Shown one piece after another: positions 1 to 9,649 of a DNA stretch of 64,000 nt; the stretch's first letter is position 1, and every line of letters starts with the position of its first letter. A program made the position numbers and the translations under genes. Under the pieces are notes generated by a model, which had not been told where the DNA came from, ran no database searches, and saw only the letters and a program-made list of their open reading frames with translations. Source of the stretch: Nitrospirota bacterium (GTDB lineage: Bacteria > Nitrospirota > Thermodesulfovibrionia > Thermodesulfovibrionales > Dissulfurispiraceae). The DNA lies in NCBI GenBank assembly GCA_963790025.1, contig CAWBMP010000004.1:640001-704000 (forward strand), given 5' to 3'.

Positions 1-467
1 AGCGCGTTCACAAAAAAATATCTTCTCCCCTTGTAGTGAAGAAGCCCCTTTTCCTCAGGTTTATAGCATACAGTGTCTCCGATTTCGGATCCGTATATAC
101 GAAAATCATGGTGGAAAAAGAGTCGGAACTCAGCGAATTTCGACGAAAGATTCCTGGCAGTGATCTCCCTCACGTAGATGTTCTCATGGAAGTCGACGGC
201 GTCCCTCATGAGGATCTCGATCCCCAAGGCAGTATTGATAAGGCGGATCCTCGCTACAAGTGTATCATCTTCATAATCAAGGGTGCGTTCCCAGTCATCT
301 CCGTTGATCCAGCTGAATGCTCCGTTCACCCATACGCCGATCCTGAAGGCATGGCCCTGTGCGTGGTTCTCACTTCCCACTCCCGGGAAGTAAAGATCAC
401 GAACAAGTCCTGTTCTGTCATAGAGTATCAGCAGTGAACCATTGCCTATGGGTATATCCCGCGGCAT
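1..467 (-). CDS. Glycoside hydrolase family 15 (glucoamylase-like) protein, N-terminal part; runs off the window
   Basis: Hand-translated minus-strand frame MPRDIPIGNGSLLILYDRTGLVRDLYFPGVGSENH...FRLFFHHDFRIYGSEIGDT..., open to position 1, with GAGGTG SD. The + strand ORF 36..437 is its shadow. Confidence 0.75.
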   Translation of the reverse strand, partial: MPRDIPIGNGSLLILYDRTGLVRDLYFPGVGSENHAQGHAFRIGVWVNGAFSWINGDDWERTLDYEDDTLVARIRLINTALGIEILMRDAVDFHENIYVREITARNLSSKFAEFRLFFHHDFRIYGSEIGDTVCYKPEEKGLLHYKGRRYFFVNA

Positions 468-527
468 GACCTTTCACCTCCGGCTGTTCTATCACCCTTC
501 CAGACGACGTTGAAACCATCTTTTTAA

Positions 528-827
528 CTATCTCACTGTGTCCCGGTAAGTACCGGCCTTTTTTAAGGCCGCCTCCATTTCTTCAATCGTAATCACTGAT
601 GGATCATAGTAGACAGTGTTTATTTCTTTGAAGTAGCGAAAGCCTTTTTCAACTCTCTTGACACCTTTGAGCCCTGCCAGGGCCTCCTTGCCGACATCGT
701 ATCATTTGACAATAAAGATCACCTTTGATTCCGCATCCTGCTGGGAAAAAGAAACCCTATATCCTGAGAACACAAACAGGCAAATTAAAACAGTGAATGC
801 TGACCAGATATTGATTTGATTCTTCAT
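528..827 (-). CDS. Candidate exported small selenoprotein (99 aa, UGA at codon 42), HMA/MsrA-like fold
   Basis: ATG 827, hydrophobic signal-like N-terminus, in-frame TGA at 704-702 (IVK-U-YDVGKEALAGLKGVKRVEKG), frame continues to TAG 528. Hairpin GAGGCCCT-GGC-AGGGCTC follows the TGA. Absent from the ORF track. Confidence 0.7.
669..686 (-). promoter_or_regulatory. Putative bacterial SECIS element
   Basis: Stem-loop with a G-starting apical loop 23 nt after the UGA; possible lower stem GAUGUC/GGUGUC. Confidence 0.6.
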
Positions 828-855
828 AGTTGCACCTTTCCTTCACTGAACCTTT

Positions 856-1431
856 CTACTTTTTAAAAAGCTTCACGTATTCTCCGTAGCCCTCTTTCTC
901 CAGGTTCTCCTTGGGTATGAAACGGAGTGAGGCTGAGTTCATGCAGAAACGCAGGTGGGTTGGCGGCGGTCCGTCGTTAAATACATGACCGAGATGTGAA
1001 TCGCCATGTTTGCTCCGCACCTCTTTTCTATGGGTAAAAAAGGTCCAATCGTCTTTTTCTACGATATTCCCCGGCTCAAGCGGCTTTGTGAAACTCGGCC
1101 ATCCGGTGCCGGAATCGAACTTGTCGAGGGAACTGTAGAGCGGCTCGCCGGAGACTATGTCGACATATATGCCTTCTTTTTTGTTCTCCGCATATTCGTT
1201 TTGAAAAGCCGGTTCAGTGCCGTTTTCCTGTGTGACATGGTACTGCATAGGAGTCAGTTTCTTTTTGAGCTCTTCCTTTGATGGTTTCACAAATGTCCTC
1301 CATTTAGCTGTTGAAACAGAAGCCGAATATCCTCTAACGTCCGCCTGTTCGGTTTTCTCGGCGTTGGCAATGGAGAGGTAGAACATCGTCAACACCAGGC
1401 CGAAGAGCATTATTTTTATCATTTGCATCAT
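856..1431 (-). CDS. msrB: Peptide-methionine (R)-S-oxide reductase, exported
   Basis: [17 protein letters not shown] and RFCMNS motifs; signal peptide. Confidence 0.95.
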   Translation of the reverse strand: MMQMIKIMLFGLVLTMFYLSIANAEKTEQADVRGYSASVSTAKWRTFVKPSKEELKKKLTPMQYHVTQENGTEPAFQNEYAENKKEGIYVDIVSGEPLYSSLDKFDSGTGWPSFTKPLEPGNIVEKDDWTFFTHRKEVRSKHGDSHLGHVFNDGPPPTHLRFCMNSASLRFIPKENLEKEGYGEYVKLFKK

Positions 1432-1485
1432 TATTACCTCCTTTCTTATAGTCCATTATCAGATAATGTTCTGAATTATGCCGTT

Positions 1486-2094
1486 TCAATGACCGGCCGC
1501 GTCGCCCCATAGCTCCTTGAGCCGCTGGTCACGACCGCACCTGAACCGGTAGTATTTGTAACGGATCGGGTTCTTCTTGTAATAGTGCTGGTGATAATCC
1601 TCGGCTGGGTAGAACTCGGTAGCCTTCACAATCTCCGTCACTATGGGCCCTTTGAATGGTTTATTTTTTTCCAGCAGCGCCTTGGACTGCAGTGCTAACT
1701 GGTGCTGTTCCTCATCATGATAAAAGATGGCGCTTCGATACTGATGTCCTGAATCGCAGAACTGACGATCTTTAGCGGTAGGGTCTATGTTATGCCAAAA
1801 AACAGTCAGGAGCTTTTCGTAGGTCACTTGTGACGGGTCATAGACGACCTGAATCGACTCAGCGTGGCCGCTCCCGCCTGCTGAAACCTCTTCGTAAGTG
1901 GGGTCCTTTTTCTGCCCGCCGGTATAGCCCGGTGTGACCGAAACCACGCCGGGTATCTGATCGAAGGGGTGCTCCATGCACCAGAAACAGCCGCCTGCGA
2001 AGGTCGCTTTCTCATAATTGGTCGCAGCCCTGGCTGCAGTGATCATAATGGGTCCTGCCAACAGCAACCCCAGGGATAGAATTAAATATTTCAT
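1486..2094 (-). CDS. msrA: Peptide-methionine (S)-S-oxide reductase, exported
   Basis: AGGCFWCME, GHAE and AEDYHQHYY motifs; signal peptide. Confidence 0.95.
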   Translation of the reverse strand: MKYLILSLGLLLAGPIMITAARAATNYEKATFAGGCFWCMEHPFDQIPGVVSVTPGYTGGQKKDPTYEEVSAGGSGHAESIQVVYDPSQVTYEKLLTVFWHNIDPTAKDRQFCDSGHQYRSAIFYHDEEQHQLALQSKALLEKNKPFKGPIVTEIVKATEFYPAEDYHQHYYKKNPIRYKYYRFRCGRDQRLKELWGDAAGH

Positions 2095-2127
2095 CTGTTG
2101 CCTCCCCTTACCAAATGGTTTAATATG

Positions 2128-2607
2128 TTATTTTTTAAGTATTGCCGGCCAGTTCTCATCAGCTTTTTTGATATTTCCCGGGATGTCTTTGCTCCACTTG
2201 TCCCTTATTTTCTTGCTGAGGTTGAGATAAAGCCTTCCACCGACGACAGTCCAAGCTTCAGGGTCGATGTCGGCTACGGACCCCCGACTTATTGCATATG
2301 CGCAATACCCCCCATACTTCGGTGCGTACTTCTCCATGTTCCTAATGAACAGGTCCTTGTGATCGGCGCTCGCGAAATACCATTTTGCACCCATCCAGAC
2401 ATACTCGAACGCTCTGTTTCCCTTCACCGGTTTTCCATCGACGAAATAGGCCACGGGATCATAGCCCTTTATTGCAACACCGTCAGAAGTTTTATTTACA
2501 GGTCCGATTGCAAATGCAGGACTTAAACTGAATAGAGAGACCGCCGCGACGATAAGCATTGCCATAACAGCGTTCTTTTCGTTCCTTTTATACATATGCG
2601 ATTCCAT
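2128..2607 (-). CDS. YHS-domain family protein, exported (Cys form)
   Basis: AIKGYDPVAYF, WYFAS, PKYGGYCAYA and ADENWP motifs. Confidence 0.85.
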   Translation of the reverse strand: MESHMYKRNEKNAVMAMLIVAAVSLFSLSPAFAIGPVNKTSDGVAIKGYDPVAYFVDGKPVKGNRAFEYVWMGAKWYFASADHKDLFIRNMEKYAPKYGGYCAYAISRGSVADIDPEAWTVVGGRLYLNLSKKIRDKWSKDIPGNIKKADENWPAILKK

Positions 2608-2737
2608 AATCGACCCTCCCGGTAACTGCTAAAAATACCTATTTTATTCTATCATCTGCCTCCAGGATGTCAAGTTCCCGGAGATATCTTTCTGCCCGGT
2701 TATTTCTTCAGCCCTGCTTCTATGTTAGCGCCAAAAA

Positions 2738-2775
2738 ATCACAAAACAATCACGAAAAAATAACGATTTTGTCAC
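2738..2775 (-). promoter_or_regulatory. Four direct repeats at 11-bp period (putative OmpR/PhoB-type boxes) upstream of the YHS-msr operon
   Basis: ATCAC 2738, ATCAC 2749, ATAAC 2760, GTCAC 2771. A separate TTGACA-16-TAGAAT promoter lies at 2673..2646 (-). Confidence 0.55.
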
Positions 2776-2808
2776 AGAGGAGGATATTGAAAAATGAAGA
2801 CTGACTCG

Positions 2809-4338
2809 TCAGAAGTTGCTGTAAAAAGGCAGGGTGAATGCGAATGTAGTCCCAACACCAACCGCACTATCGACCTTAATATCACTTCCGTGGAGTTCAA
2901 GGATTCTACTGGTGATAACCAGGCCAAGTCCCGTCCCCTCAGCGTCCCTCGGACGTTCCCTTTTTAATTGATAAGAGCGATCAAAGAGATGCATAAGGTC
3001 CTCCGGCTGGATGCCTGAGCCGGTATCTGAAACCTGTACCATCAACCTCTCCCCTTTAGGGAGCAGAGCGATGGTGATAGAGCCGCTTTCGGGTGTATAC
3101 CGAACGGCATTTTCAATCAGATTCTCAAACACTCGTTCGATAAGCCCGATGTCTGCATAGACAAAGGGAATATCTTCAACGAAATTTGTTCGGAGACCGA
3201 TCTTTTTCTTCTCAGCAACAAGCTGGAACTTTTGCACTATGTCCTGTATGAGTTCACCCGGAGAGAAAGGTTCAGAACGGACCTGGAAATCAGGTGAATC
3301 CAGTTTCGCCAGTTCAAAGAGCCCGGAAACCAGCTTGCCTAACTGGTCGGAACGCTTAAGGGCAATCTTGATATACTTCCGTTCCTCCTCGATCGTCAAC
3401 TCACCTTCCTTCAGGAGTAAGGTCTCAAGGTATCCCTGGAGAGATGTCAGAGGCGTACGAAGATCGTGCGTAATATTGGCGATGAATTTCCGCCGAAGAC
3501 TATCAGTCTGTCTGAGTTCCTTTATCAGTCCGATAATGCGCTCGGCCATCTGAGTAAAGATCGATCGAAGGCGGTCGATTTCGTCCCGAGAACGGCCTTT
3601 AATGAAGGGCCCAAAAACAGGAGAAGCCGAAAAATCACCCTGCCGGAAGGTCTCCATGTCCGCCGTAAGTCGTCGGAGTCGAAGTGTCATCAGGAAAAAA
3701 AGGAGAAGTCCGGCCGCCAAGGCAAATAACAAGCCTCCTGCCACGGCCCATATAGAGAGCCGGAGTATGAAACTGTCCCGGAGCATCCCTGCGACCGTAT
3801 CAAACTCCTCGCTGTCCAGGATAACGTAGAGGTAACCTTGAATTTGACTGTTCAGCGATATCGGCGCAGCGGAGAACACTTTTTTTCGTTTTAGGTCACG
3901 CGGGTCATCTCCCAGGATGGGAAGAGAAACGGTCTTGTTCAGGAATTCCTTCAGGGGTCCCAGCGAGACATTATGCCTTTTCACCTTTTCAGGAGGCGCG
4001 GAGAATGCCAGGATTTCGCCGTTATGATCCAGGAGGTATACCTCAATGCTCGGATTGACAACCATCATCATCTGAAAAATACCCTGAAGGGCTTTTTCAT
4101 TGGCCCCGCCGTCCTTCATCAATATTTTTTCCGATGCCAAATTTTGCGCCAGAGTGCGATTGAGCTTCTGGTTCACTTCCTGAAAATACCTTCGGGTAGT
4201 GTAGAGAGTAAGCAGAATGTAAAGGACCCCGATCAGACAGAGCAGCCCGAACAGGACAGCAGCAAACTTGCAATAAAGGCTCTTGAACAATAGACTATCC
4301 TTTTTCAGAAGCTTCAGAATCGTTGAACCTGTATCCAA
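2809..4338 (-). CDS. Sensor histidine kinase (HAMP-HisKA-HATPase); true start may be near 4290
   Basis: Two TM segments, ITHDLRTPL H-box, NLIENA, DTGSGI, GTGLGL. Confidence 0.93.
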   Translation of the reverse strand: MDTGSTILKLLKKDSLLFKSLYCKFAAVLFGLLCLIGVLYILLTLYTTRRYFQEVNQKLNRTLAQNLASEKILMKDGGANEKALQGIFQMMMVVNPSIEVYLLDHNGEILAFSAPPEKVKRHNVSLGPLKEFLNKTVSLPILGDDPRDLKRKKVFSAAPISLNSQIQGYLYVILDSEEFDTVAGMLRDSFILRLSIWAVAGGLLFALAAGLLLFFLMTLRLRRLTADMETFRQGDFSASPVFGPFIKGRSRDEIDRLRSIFTQMAERIIGLIKELRQTDSLRRKFIANITHDLRTPLTSLQGYLETLLLKEGELTIEEERKYIKIALKRSDQLGKLVSGLFELAKLDSPDFQVRSEPFSPGELIQDIVQKFQLVAEKKKIGLRTNFVEDIPFVYADIGLIERVFENLIENAVRYTPESGSITIALLPKGERLMVQVSDTGSGIQPEDLMHLFDRSYQLKRERPRDAEGTGLGLVITSRILELHGSDIKVDSAVGVGTTFAFTLPFYSNF

Positions 4339-5014
4339 CGCCCCAAACAGTCAAAATGTGACGGGGTTTGGCAGGGTCTTTCTCAATCTTGGCCCTCAGC
4401 CGGTTAATGTGAGAATTCACAGTATGTTCATAGCCTTCATAGCCGTAACCCCATACCTGGTTCAGCAGTTCCATGCGTGAATACACCCTTCCGCGGTTAT
4501 TGACCAAGTGGAGCAGGAGGTCGAACTCTTTGGCTGTCAAGAGCACGGGATTCCCCTGGAGCACGACTTTTCGCTTTTCAACATCAATAATCAGATCGCC
4601 CGCCTGGACCACTTTCTCCGATTTCTGAGATGTCTCCGATTTCAGCGCCTCCACACGCCGGAACAGCGCCTTGACCCGCGCCATAAGTTCCCGGATGCTG
4701 AAGGGTTTTGTCAGGTAATCGTCTGCTCCCATCTCCAGACCGAGGACCCGGTCAAGTTCGGAAGACCTGGATGACAGTATCAGCATCGGGGTGTAGCAGT
4801 GTGCGGCCCTGACCTGTCTGCAAATCTCCACACCGTCAACCCCCGGGAGCGTCAGATCCAGAATAATCAGGTCATACTGTTTCGAGAGGGCCTGATCGAG
4901 CCCCGCATTGCCGTTATAAGCCAGGCCCACTTCATATCCGGCATCCCTCAGGTGCAATTCCACGAGATGGGCAATATCTTTATCGTCTTCAATTATAAGG
5001 ATTCTGCCAGACAT
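4295..5014 (-). CDS. OmpR-family response regulator
   Basis: Receiver domain (IEDD, LDLTLP, KPF) and winged-helix C-terminus (TVWGVGYRF). Confidence 0.95.
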   Translation of the reverse strand: MSGRILIIEDDKDIAHLVELHLRDAGYEVGLAYNGNAGLDQALSKQYDLIILDLTLPGVDGVEICRQVRAAHCYTPMLILSSRSSELDRVLGLEMGADDYLTKPFSIRELMARVKALFRRVEALKSETSQKSEKVVQAGDLIIDVEKRKVVLQGNPVLLTAKEFDLLLHLVNNRGRVYSRMELLNQVWGYGYEGYEHTVNSHINRLRAKIEKDPAKPRHILTVWGVGYRFNDSEASEKG

Positions 5015-5029
5015 CAGTTTTTTGCACCA

Positions 5030-5407
5030 TTATGTAAAAAATTCATCGTCCTCAAACATGGGATAGTGCTTTCTATTCATCGTCCAGAGCTTGAAAACAT
5101 TTATTTTTGCGGCTGCACCAACGAGCGCATCAGCCATAGTCACAGAATGCGACTTGCCATAGTCCAGAAGGAACTGACCGGCGAGTTGACCCGTCCTCTT
5201 GTCTATGCCAAGCATATTCAGCGAGTCAATAAATGTCTCAACCCTGACCTTTTCTTTAAGCCGAATGCCGGAATAGATTTCCGTCACCTGTACCGGCGTC
5301 ATAAAAACATGGCCGCAGGTTTCTCTTATAACTTCTTTAAAGCGCTCAACCAAAGCCTTGTCCTGCCGCAGGACCCAAAAGAGGATGTCAGTGTCGGCTA
5401 CGAGCAA
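5030..5407 (-). CDS. vapC: PIN-domain toxin (VapC family)
   Basis: DTDIL, TEIYSG, MADALVGAAA, TMNRKHY. Confidence 0.85.
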   Translation of the reverse strand: MLVADTDILFWVLRQDKALVERFKEVIRETCGHVFMTPVQVTEIYSGIRLKEKVRVETFIDSLNMLGIDKRTGQLAGQFLLDYGKSHSVTMADALVGAAAKINVFKLWTMNRKHYPMFEDDEFFT

Positions 5408-5637
5408 ACCTTCCGGTCCTTGCGCACTTTACGCATAAACTCATCCACATCGAACCGTCTGTTCCTCCAGAGACCGCTTGCGCTGTCAGTGGCCCTGATC
5501 ATCATTTCCACCCTGCCGCTCAATTTTTTTTGCACGCTATCACGGATAATCTCAGATATTGAGATGCCTTTGAGCTTACTTTCTCTTTTCAAATTGCCAC
5601 AGGTTTCGTCGTCGATATAGATTTGAGTTCGTTTCAT
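5398..5637 (-). CDS. Ribbon-helix-helix (CopG-like) antitoxin
   Basis: MKRTQIYID...ISISEIIR; GGAGG SD before ATG 5637; overlaps the toxin start. Confidence 0.8.
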   Translation of the reverse strand: MKRTQIYIDDETCGNLKRESKLKGISISEIIRDSVQKKLSGRVEMMIRATDSASGLWRNRRFDVDEFMRKVRKDRKVCS

Positions 5638-5866
5638 AAAGCTGCCTCCGACATGATGTATATATACATTATATTTCGCGGGTAACTTCAAAAACAATGG
5701 ATGCAAGACAAATTTTTTGCCCGGGACTACTGAGGTCGCTTTGGAAATCATTCCGGTTTACATGATCAGATATTTTCAGACGTCCGCCTTTGATAATTCA
5801 TGGCAACCTTTCTGAACCGCCTCAAACGCAGTAACCGCAAAGAAAGTCCCGCTATCTTATTTTTAG

Positions 5867-5910
5867 GGCATGAGTGGAGGACAGAAATATTTTCGTCCTC
5901 CATTCATGCC
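5867..5910. terminator. Strong hairpin, probable terminator
   Basis: GGCATGAGTGGAGGAC...GTCCTCCATTCATGCC inverted repeat. Confidence 0.5.
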
Positions 5911-5950
5911 GTGCGCCTCCCTGCTGCGGCTATTGCCGGATGATCTTCAG

Positions 5951-6481
5951 TTATATTCCCAAAAGATTTATTGAGCGGTTGTGCTCATCCCTCCAGTTTG
6001 CCAACCATAATTGAACAGCAGCCAATGAGGCAAAACACTTTTCTTTAAGAAGGTCCCTAATCAACTTGTTCTTGAACAATAAGCCATAGCCGTTCTCCCG
6101 GTATTTTCTCAACTCCACGAAAGTGCTGCTAAGCTCAAGTTTTTCCAGCCATTCGGAAATGACATTAGGTATTGAGTCGTTGTCAGTGAAGACAAAAAGA
6201 TGTTTTGGAATACCTATATGCAGAAAGAGACTGAATAGCTCATCGATCACATTTTGAGTGGTTATATGATCGGCAGCGCGGCTGCGCAAACATTCCTGTG
6301 TATGTTCGTCGAAAAAAGTTAAAATCGTGATGACCCGCCCATGAGCCGTCAGCATAGTTATTAAATGGCAACTCCAAACAACGTTTTTCATTTGAGGGCG
6401 GCGCTCCAGGCACGAACTGCCCCTCCTATTCCATCTCGTTTCTGTATTTAAACATTCGTTTCCAGATATGTTTTTTTTCAT
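5951..6481 (-). CDS. Degenerate IS3-family integrase-core (rve)-like protein
   Basis: NVVWSCHLI...GRVITILTFFDEHTQECL...GIPKHL..TDN...NWRDEHN resembles IS3 OrfB; first Asp and the Glu appear substituted. Confidence 0.6.
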   Translation of the reverse strand: MKKNISGNECLNTETRWNRRGSSCLERRPQMKNVVWSCHLITMLTAHGRVITILTFFDEHTQECLRSRAADHITTQNVIDELFSLFLHIGIPKHLFVFTDNDSIPNVISEWLEKLELSSTFVELRKYRENGYGLLFKNKLIRDLLKEKCFASLAAVQLWLANWRDEHNRSINLLGI

Positions 6482-6737
6482 GATATCTCCTTAATTTAAA
6501 ATATTTTCATGTCTGTTCAAAATATATAAGCTTATTCATAAAAAACTATGTTATTAAAATGGCATCTGTGTTTTGCGGGAAAACAACTACCGTTGCAGAG
6601 GATAAATCCTTATAGATCGAAGCAAAGACATCAGGCAGCAGAAATGAGTTCCCGGCCGGCAATCTTTTCGGAAACTCCTTTCTTGATGCCTGTTATCTGA
6701 TCAAAACTACAGCGGTAATTGTTTCCCGGCAGAAGAG

Positions 6738-7154
6738 CTATAAGGAAGGCGGGGAAAGTCCTGAAAACGATAAATGGAACCCTTGTGCTATGGTAGGTCC
6801 TGAAGGCATTGACCGGAACCGGTTGCATAAATAAAGTGGGTGCTTTGTAAATTTTGTTGAATTATTCAGAAATGCTATTTTTGAGATGAAATCGTCATCA
6901 AGGGCCATTTGCAACTTGCAAAGAAAAATTGCAAATTCAGAATCGGTTTTCATGCTGCCCTTGTGAGCACATTTACAACCCGGAACTCTGTCAAGGACAA
7001 GATGCCGAACTGCCGATGAAAGGGGAACTATCCTGTTCAGAAGGGAATTGTTATGAACGGTTGTGCTGTCAGCACCTGAAAAAGGTGCCAGCATAAATAT
7101 GGATAGAGATACGACGAAAACCGCAGTGCTGCTATATTTTCTGCAGATACGCAT
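6738..7154 (-). CDS. Hypothetical exported protein with CKCAH motif and C-terminal SPP
   Basis: ORF with hydrophobic N-terminus; no family recognised. Confidence 0.45.
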   Translation of the reverse strand: MRICRKYSSTAVFVVSLSIFMLAPFSGADSTTVHNNSLLNRIVPLSSAVRHLVLDRVPGCKCAHKGSMKTDSEFAIFLCKLQMALDDDFISKIAFLNNSTKFTKHPLYLCNRFRSMPSGPTIAQGFHLSFSGLSPPSL

Positions 7155-7429
7155 GTAAAGTATATCCTGTTACAATCTTAACCAAATGGTCCCGGGCTTT
7201 GTCAAGATGCGGTTATCGATCAGGATACCGGTTGCACACGTCGCAACACTGACCATTGGTCTGAATGGACAGCTTTAACTTATCCCTAAAATGTGCTATA
7301 AGATAATTGTGAGACGTTTAAAGCCCGGCTTGTAGGCCCACACTTCGGCCTGCAGGCGGTTTCCCCGGCGACTACTGTTGGTATTTAATTCTAATTTTGA
7401 CGGTATATCCTACATAATAAGGAGGTTTT

Positions 7430-7873
7430 ATGACAAAGGTAATAGCAGTAGTTGATTTGGGCCATTTCAAAGCATTCAGAGTCACAAAAAAACCGAACGA
7501 GAGCGCCAGGGTGGATTTGATAGAGAGTTACGATATACTTGACACCCACGGCAAATTCAAGGACAAATTTACTGATGCTGAAGGATGCTTCAACAGGGGC
7601 GAGGGAGAGGCCGGAATAGCTACCGGCTCAGGAGAACCTCACAATGTTGGGACAGAGATCGAAAAGAAAGTGATAATGCGAATCGCGAATGATATCAGCA
7701 CACTTGTCGTAAAGGAAGGCTGCGCAAAATGGTATTTGGCCGCAGGAGAGTGCATAAACAACCAAATCGTTGAAAATCTCGACCCTTCAGTTAAGGCCAA
7801 GCTCGACAAAAACATCAAGGCCGATCTGACCAAAACCGACAAGTCTAAAATACTGGGCCATTTTGAAGAGTGA
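7430..7873 (+). CDS. Host-attachment-protein-like (release-factor-related) protein
   Basis: AAGGAGG SD; VIAVVDLGHFKAF...WYLAA...IKADLTK pattern. Confidence 0.6.
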   Translation: MTKVIAVVDLGHFKAFRVTKKPNESARVDLIESYDILDTHGKFKDKFTDAEGCFNRGEGEAGIATGSGEPHNVGTEIEKKVIMRIANDISTLVVKEGCAKWYLAAGECINNQIVENLDPSVKAKLDKNIKADLTKTDKSKILGHFEE

Positions 7874-7948
7874 AAACCAGCCAGGGACCTTCAGGAGAGA
7901 CTCAAGGCGAAAAAAAAGGAGTGTCAGGACAGGTATGTAAGAAGACAT

Positions 7949-8593
7949 TCAGGGAGGACGGACAAAATGATTCTTCATGCGTGATAACGCCTCTTTAATC
8001 GTATTAATTTGAATATTTATGCCATATCTCAACCTTAGTTCTCGCGCTATAGCTTCCTCGTGGTGTATCCCCATGGCCTTCAGTTTACCGATAAATCCGA
8101 CAAGATCTTCCCATAGATGCCATGGGAAAATGACCCACCGCCATTTTGTCATCTTTCTTGTATAATAATCCGGAACTATGAGAGAACAGGTCTTGTGTAT
8201 GAGGGTAGCCGACCTGATCACTTTTGGTGAATGACTTCTCAAATGCTTTAGGGTGACTTCAAGGGTTTCTCCTGTATCTGTTAAGTCATCGACCAATAAA
8301 ACCCTCTTATTTTTTATATACTGACCGAGGGGGAATTTGATGACCGCTTTCTTTTTTTGAGTTCCGGCAGTTCCCCAGTGTTCTGCCTTTATAGTGGTAA
8401 GATCATTGATCAGCAGGTAGTCACAAAGTATCCGGGCAGGAACGTAACCTCCCCTGCCGATAGCTACTACAATGTCGGGGTCGTAACCGGAGTCTTTTAT
8501 GATCCAGGAAAGCTTTTTTGCATCACCCGCGACCCTCTTCCATGACAGGATCTCGCATCTGAACTTTTCCTTTGAAGGTAAGGGCACAGTCAA
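7949..8593 (-). CDS. Type I phosphoribosyltransferase
   Basis: VAIGRGG, VLLVDDLTDTGETL PRPP loop, WVIFPW. Confidence 0.9.
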   Translation of the reverse strand: MTVPLPSKEKFRCEILSWKRVAGDAKKLSWIIKDSGYDPDIVVAIGRGGYVPARILCDYLLINDLTTIKAEHWGTAGTQKKKAVIKFPLGQYIKNKRVLLVDDLTDTGETLEVTLKHLRSHSPKVIRSATLIHKTCSLIVPDYYTRKMTKWRWVIFPWHLWEDLVGFIGKLKAMGIHHEEAIARELRLRYGINIQINTIKEALSRMKNHFVRPP

Positions 8594-8605
8594 CCCCGCA
8601 TCAAT

Positions 8606-8965
8606 TTAAAACAACTTCTCCTCAACAGGTATATTAACGGCCGCAAGTCTTTTGTAATCTTCCAGCAGGCGAGCATTTGCAATATTCTTGTTTATCCTTG
8701 CATCGTCTGCGGACTCTTGAGTAGAACCAAACAGATAAACCTTAGATACTTTTCTGTACTTTCCCCCGGTTTTGAATGTAAAATTCGCAATAAGCAGATA
8801 CATATCCACTTCACTCTTCAACTCCTCAGTATCGCCTGGATGGACCTTCTGCGAAACATGCTGTTTTTGAAGATCAACCGCTGCACTGATTTTCGAGCCT
8901 TTTTTTGCTGACGCAATAAAATGTTCCAGTCTTTCAAGATGATTTTTTTTGGAAACTCCTACCAT
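8606..8965 (-). CDS. Hypothetical protein (119 aa; start reassigned to ATG 8965)
   Basis: GGGGGA SD before MVGVSKKNHL; the longer track ORF overlaps the divergent zinc-ribbon gene. Confidence 0.6.
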   Translation of the reverse strand: MVGVSKKNHLERLEHFIASAKKGSKISAAVDLQKQHVSQKVHPGDTEELKSEVDMYLLIANFTFKTGGKYRKVSKVYLFGSTQESADDARINKNIANARLLEDYKRLAAVNIPVEEKLF

Positions 8966-9211
8966 GGTGTCCCCCCTGATTTCGGCAGCCTGTAAAACTA
9001 TTAAGGCTTGAATAAAAAAAACACCGCTTAGTTTAATTATGCTGTTTTTAATGACGTTGTCAATAGGTATGAAGCAGACATTTAAGGAAGAGAGATTTGG
9101 ATGTTGCATCTTATCTTTTCTGTTCTCAGTGCCCTGGCAGGCACAAACACTTGCAAGTTTTCTCCAAAATGTATAAACTTCAATTAGAAATGTTAAAAGA
9201 GGAGAATCTTT

Positions 9212-9379
9212 ATGCCTGCTTATGAGTATAACTGCGAAGATTGCACGAAGGTATTTACAGTTTTTCTCTCCATAAAAGAATGGGAAGCTCATCCCAAGAT
9301 CAAGTGCCCTCACTGTGCAAGTGACAAGGTTAAAAGAAAAATTGCAGGTTTCTTCGCAAAAACAAGTAGGAAGTCATAA
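9212..9379 (+). CDS. FmdB-family zinc-ribbon protein (55 aa)
   Basis: MPAYEYNCEDC...KCPHCASDKVKR with GAGGAG SD; below the ORF-track size cutoff. Confidence 0.85.
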   Translation: MPAYEYNCEDCTKVFTVFLSIKEWEAHPKIKCPHCASDKVKRKIAGFFAKTSRKS

Positions 9380-9649
9380 ATCCGCAAGTTCCTCTGAACC
9401 GGGTGCGAGGGCCACGCTGTTCATTTTTTATCTGATCGCAGCGGGTCTATCTCTCTTAAGACGGTGTCCCTGTTGCAGTTGAATTTATCCTGGAAATTCG
9501 AGGCTTCTTAACAGGATTTAACGCAAAGAGTATACCGAAGTCCGAAATAAACAATTAAAAGCTGTCAAAGCACCTGTAATTTGTCAAGTTTGTGCATACT
9601 GGGGTCATGCCACTCGTAACTTAAGAAATCATGTGATATAATTTTTTAT

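Noticed and set aside
36..437. + strand 133-aa ORF
   Set aside because: Antisense shadow of the GH15-like gene on the minus strand.
4799..5620. + strand 273-aa ORF and similar long antisense ORFs (e.g. 23380..24015, 46295..46987, 53320..54018)
   Set aside because: They overlap well-supported genes on the other strand and show no recognisable motifs.
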